Of a stretch of DNA of 42,065 bases, positions 10,629-19,799 are shown piece after piece. Within the stretch, counting starts at the first letter, position 1. The number at the start of each line of letters is the position of its first letter. The notes beneath the pieces were generated by a model that was given only the letters and a program-made list of their open reading frames with translations, was not told the origin of the DNA and made no database searches. A program made the position numbers and the translations under genes. Source of the DNA: a virus (Duplodnaviria > Caudoviricetes); IMG/VR virus record IMGVR_UViG_3300037790_000132, positions 1-42,065 of that record. The stretch is one strand, 5' to 3'.

Positions 10629-10736
10629 CGTTTGGGTAAGGGAGTAGGACTGTCATCGTTACCAGGGGTTAAGTAAAACACTGGTAACGAATATAAAATT
10701 AAGGGGATTAGCTTTCGGCTGGAAAGGGGGTTACAT
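10629..10736. repeat. Direct repeat A, copy 2 (Dit start remnant with 1-bp deletion, hairpin and promoter copy)
   Basis: Near-identical to 9561-9669. The -10 reads TATATT. Confidence 0.92.
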
Positions 10737-10745
10737 AGAAAGTAG

Positions 10746-11651
10746 TTAAATTTTTCTAATAGCTTTGTTTACATTTTCTGAAATATTAAGGTATCCAGCA
10801 TCACTCAATAGATAAATAATTTCTATATCAAAATGTAATACAAGTTCTTCAATATAGATATAAGTATCGGCTCTTGATACTTTTTCAATTCTACCAAGTA
10901 ATCGCTCAAGAGTTTTAATCCTTCTCTTGAACATATTCGAATTAATTAATATTTGCCCAATCATAACAGTTAAAATTTCGTTTCTGTATGCATTTATTTC
11001 AAATAAGTACTGTAACAGGCATTGCTTTTTCAAGGAAATACTGAGTGATAAATAGTCTCTAATAGCATCATCTATGTTGAACTTTTCACCATAGACGTAC
11101 TTTGAAATTTCCATGATCATTTCTTCAATGTTAGGCTTATTTACATAAGCCTGATCCATCACTTTATTATAGCAATTTTGTAAAAGGTCGTTGTTTTGTA
11201 AAGCACTAAGAAAATGAGGTAAAAAATAAATTAATTCTTTTTCACTTAAAGGGGAAACAAATCTCTTATCTAGTTCATTTATTCTTCTAGAAAAAATATC
11301 CAGATCATCCTTTAGTTTTTGATTTTTAAGCTGTTTCTCCTGAATTGAGCGGTTACTTTTTAGTTCTCTTCGTTGTAACGCAAGCTCTTTACTTTGTATT
11401 TCAAGAGCTTCTTTTGTATCTCGCCAAGTCCAATAAAGAAGCAAAATCGTGATAAATAAGAATATTGGTGAAAGAAGGTTGTTAAAGTAAGTTGCTGTAT
11501 TAACCCATTCAGTAATTTTTGCACTAAAGTCAAAGCCAAAGCGGAAATAAAATAATCCTAGCGATATAATTGAACTGATAGTTGCAATGACAATAGCGAT
11601 TAAAGCACCGTAGTTTTTTTTGTTTCTTTTATATAACAATAACATCAACAT
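10746..11651 (-). CDS. Moron: 2-TM membrane protein, paralogue of 9672..10472
   Basis: WVNTATYFNNLLSPIFLFITILLLYWTW followed by a QSKELALQRRELK coiled coil. The C-terminal part is divergent. Confidence 0.6.
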   Translation of the reverse strand: MLMLLLYKRNKKNYGALIAIVIATISSIISLGLFYFRFGFDFSAKITEWVNTATYFNNLLSPIFLFITILLLYWTWRDTKEALEIQSKELALQRRELKSNRSIQEKQLKNQKLKDDLDIFSRRINELDKRFVSPLSEKELIYFLPHFLSALQNNDLLQNCYNKVMDQAYVNKPNIEEMIMEISKYVYGEKFNIDDAIRDYLSLSISLKKQCLLQYLFEINAYRNEILTVMIGQILINSNMFKRRIKTLERLLGRIEKVSRADTYIYIEELVLHFDIEIIYLLSDAGYLNISENVNKAIRKI

Positions 11652-11699
11652 TCCCTCGCTTAAAAATTCCTTTTTACACGAATCTCAATCACTTAACAA

Positions 11700-14582
11700 C
11701 TAAGCAGCTCCGCGTATAGAGCGAATAATTGCACCATTACTTTGAATGTTCGCTACAACAACACCCACCACTTCACGCGCAATGTCTTGGCCAATAAGCT
11801 GAGCACTTTGTTCATTTGCTGAGCCTTTTACGTTAATTTGGTTTGTAATGCTTAACGTAATACCACGACTAACTGAATCATTAGCTGCAGCAGTTCCTGC
11901 GTTATAGCGGCGCGCCATTTGGCTAATTTCGATGTTTTGTTTAGGACTTAGTACACGCTCACCGCGTTGTAATACATAGGTTGATTCATTAGGTACGTAA
12001 TCTAAACCACCATGCGCAATACCTGCAGGCTGTTGATTTTTAATTTGCCTAACTTGCTGTAAGCCAAGTCCGACTGCAGCCGCTGCAGCGACACCACCTA
12101 GAACAGGGCCCACAATTGGAATACCTGCAAGAGAGTTAAATGCGGCCGTGGCACTTTGATAAGTATTGATAATGGCTTGTGCTATAGCAAACGCTTTATA
12201 TGTTTTAAACGCCGTTTTGCTTTGGCTTGCCATGGTTTTGAATGTGGCAGCACCTAAACCGACAATAGCTTGTGCTTTATCTGCTTCAGTTTGTTTTTCA
12301 AAGTTAGCGAAGGTAACAATGTTACTTTGTAGGGCACCGGCATAGCGGTTCTTAATTTGAAATAAACGCTCTTGGTGTGCAGCCTCATCAGCTTCACGCT
12401 GAGAATAATAGCCGGCAGCTGCATTTAATTCAGTTTGACGTTCAAGATCTCGAATTTGATTATCCGCATTGTATTGCAGCTCGCCACTGTCATCGTTAGC
12501 AGCCAAACCTAAAGTAGCGCGGCGTTTTGCATCAACACGTGCTTGTTGCCTTGCTTGCTCTACACGAAGCTCATTATTATAGGCCGCTAGTTGCTCTCTA
12601 TCTGCAAACCCTTTAATAACAGCTATACGATTATCTAGATCTCTGCGTAAGTCATTTTTACGCTTTTCTTCCGCTTGGTTTTGAATGCGAATTTTTTCAG
12701 CTTCACGCTTTTCTACCAATGCTTTTACATCGTCAGAATACTTTGTATCTAACTGCTTAAGAATGGCATCATATTTTGCTTTATTAGCTACATCATTTTC
12801 ACGAGCAGTGATCACCATTTGTCGTCGCTTGTCAAAGCTTGCTTTTAATCTTGCCTCTTCGCCTAGTAAACTTTCTTGCAATCGCTTAATGTTTTCAGGC
12901 AATGCTGATGATTCTATTGAAGCTGATCTTGGTTGTTCTTTTTCTTTAATAGCCAAAACCTGTTGCAGAGCAACTATCTCATTCTTAAGATCGGTAACTC
13001 GTTTCTCTGCAGCTTCAACGTCAGAAAACTTGCCTTTTAGAAATGGATTGTTAAACCGCTGTCTAGCTTCATCAGCTAGCTGTATTGCATTTTTTATTCT
13101 CCCTTGGGCAAGTAGCAACAAACCTTCAGCTTGTTTACCCGTGAGGTTTGCATAAGGGTTTAGATCTTTTGTTGCTTCTTTTAGTTCATTAACAGAGTCT
13201 TTAGCATCATCACTCTTGGTGGCGAAATAGGTGAGGGCAATGCCAGCGGTCATAATTAAGCCAACAGGCCCACCTAAAAGGCCCATTACAGCGCTAAGAC
13301 CACGAGCTGCAAGAGTTGCTCTGCGAGCAATAGGGCCATACGCGTTTGTTGTAGCATTTACAGCCTGCTGTGTTGCTGCTACTTGAGTATTTTTAATCGC
13401 TAGCATATTAATTGCAGCTGTTCGCGTTACATCATTGCGAGCCATTGCAAGCTGCCTTTTTGCAGCAGCCTGCTCTAGAAGTGCTCTTTGGTTTTCTGCA
13501 ATTGCTGCTTCTTTCGCTTTTTTAGCTAATGCAGCATCTGCCACTAAAGATTTATTCTTTGCGGCCACATTTGCAATATATCCTTGTGCACTTGCTGCTA
13601 AGCTCGACACTAAACGCCCCGTTAGAACCGTTGCTAATGCACCAGTAGCAAATACTAAGTCGTCTACCACTTCTTCGTTTTCGCGTAAATACGCCATCGT
13701 ATCCGTTATACTGCCCACAACGCTGGTAACAGCAAAGTTAACTGGCTCTTCATATTTACGTATTAAGCGCTGATATTCATTACCCATTTCAGCAAAACTT
13801 GCGTTTATCTTGCCTCCAGTCGCTTCAGCTGCACCGGCATAATCTTCTAGCGCTTTGATCAAATAGTTTTTGAACATTTGGCTTGTTACTTGGCCGTCGT
13901 TCACCATTTGTCTAAAACCGCCAGCGGCTTTACCTGCTGCCTTATCGAGTTTTTGTAATAAGCCAGGCATTGGCTCAGTCACTTGATTTAGTTCTTCAGC
14001 ACGTAACACACCCGCAGTCATACCTTGTGTCATACCAAACAAACTTTGGCCTAGTTGTACATTACTGGCACCTGTTTTGGCGGCTGCATTGGCCATACCT
14101 TCCAGTATTGCAATGCCTTGCTCTTGGGTAACAACACCTGCATCTTGCAGCGTTAATATTTTACTGTATGAATCGGCGAGGGTGGTGTAACTGGTATTTA
14201 GTCGGTCTGACGTTGCAAATAAATAGGCTTGCACCTTTTCATATTCACGGGTTGAACTCGTTAAACCCTTTAAGCGGGTATCGAGCAATTGTGCTGCACC
14301 GGTATCACGTACAAACATTGTCGCGGTACCAATACTCACAAGGGTAGTCAGCGTTGCACCTAATTGGCTATAAGCCGTGTTCATTAAACCAAGTTGGCGT
14401 GTCATTGCGCCTTGTTGGCGCATTACAGCCGCTTGACTTACACCTAATTGCTGATTGGCTGCGCTTTGGCGCTGCACAGCCTGGTTGATTCGGTTTAACT
14501 CGTTTACGCTCTGGCGAGCACCTGCTGTAACAGCTTTGCCGTCATAACGTAAGCGTAACGCCAAATTCAAGTTGTTGCTCAT
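11700..14582 (-). CDS. Tail tape measure protein
   Basis: 960 aa, Ala-rich and helical. Tape-measure N-domain (GVLRAEELNQVTE), GGPVG segment and C-terminal AHGGLDYVP...LQRGERVL. Confidence 0.93.
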   Translation of the reverse strand: MSNNLNLALRLRYDGKAVTAGARQSVNELNRINQAVQRQSAANQQLGVSQAAVMRQQGAMTRQLGLMNTAYSQLGATLTTLVSIGTATMFVRDTGAAQLLDTRLKGLTSSTREYEKVQAYLFATSDRLNTSYTTLADSYSKILTLQDAGVVTQEQGIAILEGMANAAAKTGASNVQLGQSLFGMTQGMTAGVLRAEELNQVTEPMPGLLQKLDKAAGKAAGGFRQMVNDGQVTSQMFKNYLIKALEDYAGAAEATGGKINASFAEMGNEYQRLIRKYEEPVNFAVTSVVGSITDTMAYLRENEEVVDDLVFATGALATVLTGRLVSSLAASAQGYIANVAAKNKSLVADAALAKKAKEAAIAENQRALLEQAAAKRQLAMARNDVTRTAAINMLAIKNTQVAATQQAVNATTNAYGPIARRATLAARGLSAVMGLLGGPVGLIMTAGIALTYFATKSDDAKDSVNELKEATKDLNPYANLTGKQAEGLLLLAQGRIKNAIQLADEARQRFNNPFLKGKFSDVEAAEKRVTDLKNEIVALQQVLAIKEKEQPRSASIESSALPENIKRLQESLLGEEARLKASFDKRRQMVITARENDVANKAKYDAILKQLDTKYSDDVKALVEKREAEKIRIQNQAEEKRKNDLRRDLDNRIAVIKGFADREQLAAYNNELRVEQARQQARVDAKRRATLGLAANDDSGELQYNADNQIRDLERQTELNAAAGYYSQREADEAAHQERLFQIKNRYAGALQSNIVTFANFEKQTEADKAQAIVGLGAATFKTMASQSKTAFKTYKAFAIAQAIINTYQSATAAFNSLAGIPIVGPVLGGVAAAAAVGLGLQQVRQIKNQQPAGIAHGGLDYVPNESTYVLQRGERVLSPKQNIEISQMARRYNAGTAAANDSVSRGITLSITNQINVKGSANEQSAQLIGQDIAREVVGVVVANIQSNGAIIRSIRGAA

Positions 14583-14892
14583 CAGGCCGCCTTATTAATC
14601 CAATGATGGTGCGTTCAAGGGTTTGTACTTTGTCAAAGTCGTCTGGGGTCAGTGTTATGTTTGCATAGCGCCATGCAATATCAGCCCCGGCATAATCAAG
14701 GGCAAACTCAACCCCGTTATTATCCAATTGCCATTGACTTGATGCGGTGGTTATAGCGATTACTGCAACATGATTAGCTGGCAATACAAATAATGTGTCG
14801 TCTTTGTCGTTTTTAGGCGCTGCTTTAACAGGTGCGCCAAAATGGGCTTCGTCGTCATCTAATGTTTGGCTTTGTGTTGCTAGGTCGCCCAC
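14542..14892 (-). CDS. Tail assembly chaperone, gpT-like C-terminal part (reached by -1 frameshift)
   Basis: SQWQ and ALDY motifs. Lies in the -1 frame of 14913..15239 with no stop between the slippery site and 14892. Confidence 0.75.
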   Translation of the reverse strand: MGDLATQSQTLDDDEAHFGAPVKAAPKNDKDDTLFVLPANHVAVIAITTASSQWQLDNNGVEFALDYAGADIAWRYANITLTPDDFDKVQTLERTIIGLIRRPDEQQLEFGVTLTL

Positions 14893-14912
14893 AAACCACC
14901 TAGCAACATCGT

Positions 14913-15239
14913 TTAGTTTTTTTCTTGTACACGGTATTGCGCGTTAATACACTCAACACTTAACCGTGCAGTTAAACCAGGATACGCAAGCATTTCTTCA
15001 AGTGTGTCGGTTGCAAAGGGCACTTGCTTGCCTTCATCCACAAACTCATCCCAGCCAATAAGTAAGTCACGAACAATTTCCTTATCATTTGCGCCTTGTT
15101 TGCCCGTGAGCTCTTCAAGCGTTTGTTCATCAACAATTTTAATCTTCGCTGTGAATTTGAACTGCACCCCCGCAAAGGTAAAATTTAACGGCGCTTCAGC
15201 TGCTGTGTTTTTCAATTCTTCTAAAAGCTTTAATTTCAT
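14913..15239 (-). CDS. Tail assembly chaperone (lambda gpG-like)
   Basis: LIGWDEFVDEGKQVPF motif and C-terminal EKN. Lies between tube and TMP. Start reassigned to MKLKLL. Confidence 0.8.
   Translation of the reverse strand: MKLKLLEELKNTAAEAPLNFTFAGVQFKFTAKIKIVDEQTLEELTGKQGANDKEIVRDLLIGWDEFVDEGKQVPFATDTLEEMLAYPGLTARLSVECINAQYRVQEKN
14916..14922 (-). promoter_or_regulatory. -1 ribosomal frameshift slippery heptamer A AAA AAC
   Basis: GAA AAA AAC TAA ends the chaperone gene. The -1 frame continues CTA AAC GAT GTT GCT AGG TGG TTT GTG GGC into the next ORF. Confidence 0.8.
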
Positions 15240-15246
15240 TTTAAGT

Positions 15247-15429
15247 TCACTTATATGCATTAGTCAGTCGTTTAGCCTCATCCTTCGCGGCTTTATGATT
15301 ACTAAATTTAAGAATGCCACTGCTATCTTTGCAGTAACTTGGCGCTTTTCCCTTTGGCTTTGCAATGACCGTGTAAAATTCCACGTTCCCTGTGTCGATG
15401 TTTGTTACATTGACGGCTTGAAAACGCAT
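15247..15429 (-). CDS. Small basic hypothetical protein (60 aa)
   Basis: Fills the gap between the tube stop (15434) and the chaperone start. Start reassigned to MRFQAV. Confidence 0.5.
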   Translation of the reverse strand: MRFQAVNVTNIDTGNVEFYTVIAKPKGKAPSYCKDSSGILKFSNHKAAKDEAKRLTNAYK

Positions 15430-15433
15430 GGTA

Positions 15434-16330
15434 TTACTCAAATACAATGGTGAGTTCATCGTAACCCGTACCACTGGGTACCAGCTTTCCATCAAACTCA
15501 TAGCCGGTTAATTCAGAATCTAAACTGGTGTATTTAGGGTGTGGCATTTGATAGCGGCCAATAATGGTGACTTTTTTACCCGCCGCTGTGCCGTGCGTAA
15601 ATTCAAACATTTGCACTTGGCCAACCGTTGCAAAAGGGTTGAAGCTTGCCAGTTCTTCAGCTGTAAGCGTAAAGTTTGCACTGCTTTCATGGCCGATGAT
15701 CATAATTTCTTCGTGATTAATGGCACGGTCAAATACCACGTTATTACCCAAATCCACCGTAAGCTTATGTAAGGTCCGCTTCACATCATTTAGCATAAAG
15801 TCAGAGCTATTACTGACACCTAACACTTCAGGGCGAACCCAGCGGTCCCAATCCACGGCAGGCGCAGCAGCACTTGCAATAGGCGCACTAAATAAGCCTT
15901 TGAATTGCCAGTTAAGCATAGGCTTACCTTTTTCAAGCTGTAAGCTCACGTTGCCTTTCATTTCGCTTATTTCATGCGTGTTCATACCAAAGCGAACCAG
16001 GCATTTAACAGCAACAGCGGCACCTTTGGTAAATGTCACGCTGGTAGCATCAGCCACTTGCACCATGCCACAGGCAAGTAATAAAGGCGCAAAGGCAGGC
16101 TCATTACCCGCTGTGCCGCTCATAGCAAGAGGCGTTTTAAAGTTAAGGCTTATATGTTCGCCGTAAAACGTTTCTAGGCTCGCACCGCTGTAGCTTGTTT
16201 CCAGCTCGTCTTTTTCGCTTTCGTTCTCGATGGCAAGCTCAACTTCACTTGCATAAATAGCATGCATGCCTGTGAGTGTGGTGCCAAGGGCATCTGCTAA
16301 AATTAATTTATCTTTAAAGCGCCAGCTCAT
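15434..16330 (-). CDS. Major tail tube protein
   Basis: 298 aa. SGTAGNEPAFAPLLLACG and HGTAAGKKV motifs. Lies between terminator and chaperones. Confidence 0.85.
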   Translation of the reverse strand: MSWRFKDKLILADALGTTLTGMHAIYASEVELAIENESEKDELETSYSGASLETFYGEHISLNFKTPLAMSGTAGNEPAFAPLLLACGMVQVADATSVTFTKGAAVAVKCLVRFGMNTHEISEMKGNVSLQLEKGKPMLNWQFKGLFSAPIASAAAPAVDWDRWVRPEVLGVSNSSDFMLNDVKRTLHKLTVDLGNNVVFDRAINHEEIMIIGHESSANFTLTAEELASFNPFATVGQVQMFEFTHGTAAGKKVTIIGRYQMPHPKYTSLDSELTGYEFDGKLVPSGTGYDELTIVFE

Positions 16331-16530
16331 GATTTGCTCTCCACTTTAATTAACTCGCCATCTTTCAAGTTAAATGCCCCAGCAAGCTCTGTACGAGATG
16401 CCTTATTACTCGAAAGTACCTTGTTTACATTGTTCGCAATGGCCATAGCACGAGAGATTTTAGGCTCTGTAATAACAACACCTCTTTCTGGTACTTTTTT
16501 TGTTGATTGCGATTCGGTTTGTTTGCTCAT
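16327..16530 (-). CDS. Small hypothetical protein
   Basis: ATGA overlaps on both sides when started at MSKQTES. Confidence 0.55.
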   Translation of the reverse strand: MSKQTESQSTKKVPERGVVITEPKISRAMAIANNVNKVLSSNKASRTELAGAFNLKDGELIKVESKS

Positions 16531-16970
16531 GGCATCACCTTCACAGTTACGGTATGAATACCAGTTACACTGAACTGGCACTGATAAATTAAGTTGTTTG
16601 TTTCTTTGTTAAGCTCAACAGTGCGGCCTTTATCGAGCTTAATCGGGTCCCACCCTTGAAACTGGCAACCGGCTAAGGCTTCTTTCACTTGGCCTCTTAA
16701 CTCTTTAATTTCGGCATTGCTCGTTGCGTTGCCCGTTAGGCAAGGAATAACAATCATCACAGCAAATGTTTCATGCACCTGGTATTCATCAAGCCCTGGT
16801 ACTTGGTTTGTATTCTGGTTATCTTCAGCAAGGGGCAAAACAAATAGGTGCGAACTATGCACCGCACGTTTCCTCACTTCGTTAAAGTCACTTGAAAAGC
16901 CAAGCGTGGCTCTAATTGCAGATTGTTTAAGGACGGTCTCGACCTTGTTTAAATCAAAGTTAAATGACAT
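16527..16970 (-). CDS. Tail terminator protein
   Basis: Size, position and the ELRGQVKEALAG...LIYQCQF pattern. Confidence 0.7.
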   Translation of the reverse strand: MSFNFDLNKVETVLKQSAIRATLGFSSDFNEVRKRAVHSSHLFVLPLAEDNQNTNQVPGLDEYQVHETFAVMIVIPCLTGNATSNAEIKELRGQVKEALAGCQFQGWDPIKLDKGRTVELNKETNNLIYQCQFSVTGIHTVTVKVMP

Positions 16971-17004
16971 TTAAATGCTCTTTAAAACGGTTTTAAATAA
17001 CGGT

Positions 17005-17427
17005 TTAAATTAACCAATCTTCAACGATGTCGTTAATTTCAGCTTCTTGTATTGCAGCTATGCCAAGTATTGGCCGAGCAGGCAGTTTTACGTTTTTATT
17101 GCGCCCTGTTTCACCACCAAAGTGATGGATTGCTGAATACTTTTCACCTAAGCCATGCACTAACGTGTCAAAACTCACATTATGCGTCACTGAGCCCGCT
17201 AAGTTACGTGTATCGGTTAGCGTTAAACCGCCACGGTCTTTTGCAGCCTGTGATTGCTCCCACTTGCGTCCTTCAGGTGTCATTTCACGTAAAAAGCGGG
17301 TGGTAACATCCATGTCTAAAAATGCGCCGATATCGTCCAATACATCGGTAGGTCTCTCACTGGTTGTTGCAATTTGGCTTAAGCGGGGCAGTGCATTACC
17401 CGTAATGTCGATAAACACGCCCGCCAT
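17005..17427 (-). CDS. Virion morphogenesis protein (Mu gpG / P2 gpS family)
   Basis: RFLREMTPEGRKW, LTDTRNLAGS, YSAIHHFGG and LPARPILG motifs. Confidence 0.9.
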   Translation of the reverse strand: MAGVFIDITGNALPRLSQIATTSERPTDVLDDIGAFLDMDVTTRFLREMTPEGRKWEQSQAAKDRGGLTLTDTRNLAGSVTHNVSFDTLVHGLGEKYSAIHHFGGETGRNKNVKLPARPILGIAAIQEAEINDIVEDWLI

Positions 17428-17429
17428 CG

Positions 17430-17897
17430 TTAGTACCTATCCCAGTCAAATTGAGAGCCTGCAGCTTTTGTTCGCATCCCAGTTCTTACGCCTGCAGGCG
17501 CATCTTCCTTAATTTGGATCACACCTTTACTCACTTTGTCTAATAGGGCCATGGCCTTTTTATTCAGTTCTTTAAGGTGTTCGTCGGCGATATTGGTTGC
17601 CAATTCGCAGTGCATTAAATCAATTGCAATGCCTGGCAACACCGACGTGTTAATATCGTCTTGTGTTAACTTAAAACGCGCTACAAAGCCCGTAATATTG
17701 GCGTTAACGTCTTTTTGTGCTTCGCTGTACCAAGCAGCAATCTGCTGTTGCAACTCTGTTTCAGGTTCACCTAGTAACGCCGTTTCTACATCGTCACGGG
17801 TTGGGTATGCACCTGGCTCTGCAAATTTTGCAGACACAAATTGCAACAGCACATTAATGCCAATTTTGTCGATAACTGTTTGAGCTGTCGTAAACAT
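17430..17897 (-). CDS. Head-tail connector, Mu gp36 (DUF1320)-like
   Basis: Follows capsid and has the AMALLDKVSKGVIQI pattern. Start reassigned to MFTTAQ because the longer start runs through a terminator. Confidence 0.7.
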   Translation of the reverse strand: MFTTAQTVIDKIGINVLLQFVSAKFAEPGAYPTRDDVETALLGEPETELQQQIAAWYSEAQKDVNANITGFVARFKLTQDDINTSVLPGIAIDLMHCELATNIADEHLKELNKKAMALLDKVSKGVIQIKEDAPAGVRTGMRTKAAGSQFDWDRY

Positions 17898-17913
17898 ATA
17901 AGCCTCAGTTAGT

Positions 17914-17949
17914 AAAAAAGCCCCCGAGCTAGTCGGAACTGGGGGCTTT
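17914..17949 (-). terminator. Intrinsic terminator after major capsid gene
   Basis: AAAGCCCCC...GGGGGCTTT stem followed by a T-run on the minus strand. Confidence 0.8.
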
Positions 17950-17969
17950 ATCACGGAACAACGCGTAAA

Positions 17970-18905
17970 TTAATTCGGGTTTAGTACATCGGTCAGTAAG
18001 ATGCCGCAGTCTTTTGCAATAACAACTTCTTTCACTGCTTCACCTACCATGACTTCGACACCACCATTTAAGCCTGCAGCCACATCGCGGTTAGAAGAAA
18101 CACGCGAGCCATAACGTGCAGTCAGTGCGAATGTCATTCGTTGATTTTGGAACGACGCAAGTGGGTCGTGATAGGTAAACGATAAGTTGTCAGCAAAGGC
18201 ACGTTTTAAGCTAACGTCTTTGCCTTTTTTGGCTGTGTTTAAACGAGCTTGCCCAACATTGATATGTTCAAGCTCAAGCTGCTCTAAAATCCAGCTCCAA
18301 GGCACTAGGCCCTTATCGCCACTTGTACCGTTGTATGATTTAACAATATTAGGATGAGTACGAATTTTAGTAGCAACAGCTTGCGACATAGACATTGCGT
18401 TAGGGCGCATTAACGGCTCATCAAGCATTTCAAGGAAGAACGGCAAGATATCAAGCTCGGGATCATCTAAGAACTTAAAGCCTGCAGCGGATAAACTTTC
18501 AGTCTTACCAAAGTTAGATGCGGTGTTAAAAAGCTCCGCAACACGAACTTCACGGCCAAGTAATACTAAATCAGTGATACTTTCAGCCGCATGTGTACGT
18601 GGGTTATAGTTAGCGGGTGCGTTATCCACATCATCATTTGGAATAACGTCTGATAAGCCATGGTCTACAACAGAGCTTTCTTTTTCGGTAACTGAGAATT
18701 CAACTTGATTTGGGCTCGATTTACGGCCAATTTTAGTATCTGGCAACGTAAACTTGTCGCCTTTGTTGTACTCAGTCCATTTAAAGGCACGTTTACCAAC
18801 AGGTGAATAGGGGGCTAATTGGTCAGCAATTAGCTTTTTGTTTTTATAAGCAATGGCAATGGCCGTTTGCTCTGTATCGGGTGTAAATGGCATACCATTA
18901 CTCAT
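17970..18905 (-). CDS. Major capsid protein (HK97 fold)
   Basis: 311 aa following protease and decoration genes. IAIAYKN..LIADQLAP and LGREVRVA motifs. Followed by a terminator. Confidence 0.88.
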   Translation of the reverse strand: MSNGMPFTPDTEQTAIAIAYKNKKLIADQLAPYSPVGKRAFKWTEYNKGDKFTLPDTKIGRKSSPNQVEFSVTEKESSVVDHGLSDVIPNDDVDNAPANYNPRTHAAESITDLVLLGREVRVAELFNTASNFGKTESLSAAGFKFLDDPELDILPFFLEMLDEPLMRPNAMSMSQAVATKIRTHPNIVKSYNGTSGDKGLVPWSWILEQLELEHINVGQARLNTAKKGKDVSLKRAFADNLSFTYHDPLASFQNQRMTFALTARYGSRVSSNRDVAAGLNGGVEVMVGEAVKEVVIAKDCGILLTDVLNPN

Positions 18906-18946
18906 GGCATTTCCTCACTTTATGAAATTAAGTTAACCCAAGCGCC

Positions 18947-19342
18947 TTACGCGCTTGGAATCGTCGCAATGAGTTGCGGCGCTAAAAAGATGTCACCAAT
19001 GGTGCCAGCATCGCCGGTTTCCATTGCCCAGCCAGCAACATGAATTTGGCTTTCACCTACATAGTCGGCCAAATTAAGTGCAATGGCTTTACCTTCAGCA
19101 TCAGCAACAATTAAGTCACCGGCTGCAATATCACCACCAAATTCAACAGGGGCACTTTGTGTCATCACTACATCAACACGAAGGTGGTTATCAGTGCCTT
19201 GCTCTGTGATGCCAGCAAATACCGCGCTTGCATCCGTTGCACCCATAACATGAAAATCTTCAAGTGCTGATACAGCGACAAGGCGATTCGCTGCAATTGC
19301 TGTAACAGCCGAAAAGTTTCTAATAAATCCTGGTTGCGCCAT
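18947..19342 (-). CDS. Head decoration/capsid cement protein (DUF2190-like)
   Basis: VEFGGDIAAGDLIVADAEGKA and AMETGDAGTIG motifs. Lies between scaffold and capsid. Confidence 0.78.
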   Translation of the reverse strand: MAQPGFIRNFSAVTAIAANRLVAVSALEDFHVMGATDASAVFAGITEQGTDNHLRVDVVMTQSAPVEFGGDIAAGDLIVADAEGKAIALNLADYVGESQIHVAGWAMETGDAGTIGDIFLAPQLIATIPSA

Positions 19343-19346
19343 GGTT

Positions 19347-19799
19347 TTATACCTTCTTAATGTGGTCTAACGCAGACGAGATACTAATCGTAATGCCTTT
19401 GTCAGATTGTGACTTTTGATACTCAAGCGCCTTAGCAGCAAGCACTTCAGCTGTGTCGTTGCCGTCTTCGTCGCTTGTATCATCTTTACTAAACTCGCTG
19501 GTTAAGCCAGTTTGCTCGGGTAAGCCTTTTAAAAAGCCTTTAAACCACTGCGCTGGTTTAAGCGTTTGGCTCTCGCCATCCGCTGCAGCGAACTCAAACG
19601 TTGTGTCGCCATCGTCTAGGCTTGCCATAAACTCAGCAACGCCATCTGTGTTAGTTAAGCGTGGTGCATCACCACTGTTAACTTCATCATTGATGAACGT
19701 CTTAGCAGCAGTTACACGCTGGGTGTATTCAAGTTGCTTGTTCTTGGCATTAGCCGCATCAAGTTGGTCTTGAAGTGCCTTCTTTTCTTCTTCATCCAT
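19347..19799 (-). CDS. Nested in-frame scaffold protein (Mu gpZ-like)
   Basis: Internal GAGGA Shine-Dalgarno precedes an in-frame ATG (MDEEEKKAL), as in Mu I/Z. Confidence 0.55.
   Translation of the reverse strand: MDEEEKKALQDQLDAANAKNKQLEYTQRVTAAKTFINDEVNSGDAPRLTNTDGVAEFMASLDDGDTTFEFAAADGESQTLKPAQWFKGFLKGLPEQTGLTSEFSKDDTSDEDGNDTAEVLAAKALEYQKSQSDKGITISISSALDHIKKV

Noticed and set aside
10516-10656. 46-aa chimeric ORF as a functional gene
   Set aside because: It is composed of decayed Dit and TMP fragments with indels, and is best explained as a duplication scar.
15434-17427. Contractile Mu-type tail
   Set aside because: No sheath or baseplate wedge genes are present. A tube, frameshifted chaperones and a J-like tip indicate a non-contractile tail.
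17898-17954. N-terminal extension of the gp36-like ORF
   Set aside because: It runs through the capsid terminator hairpin. A GAGG RBS supports the start at 17897.
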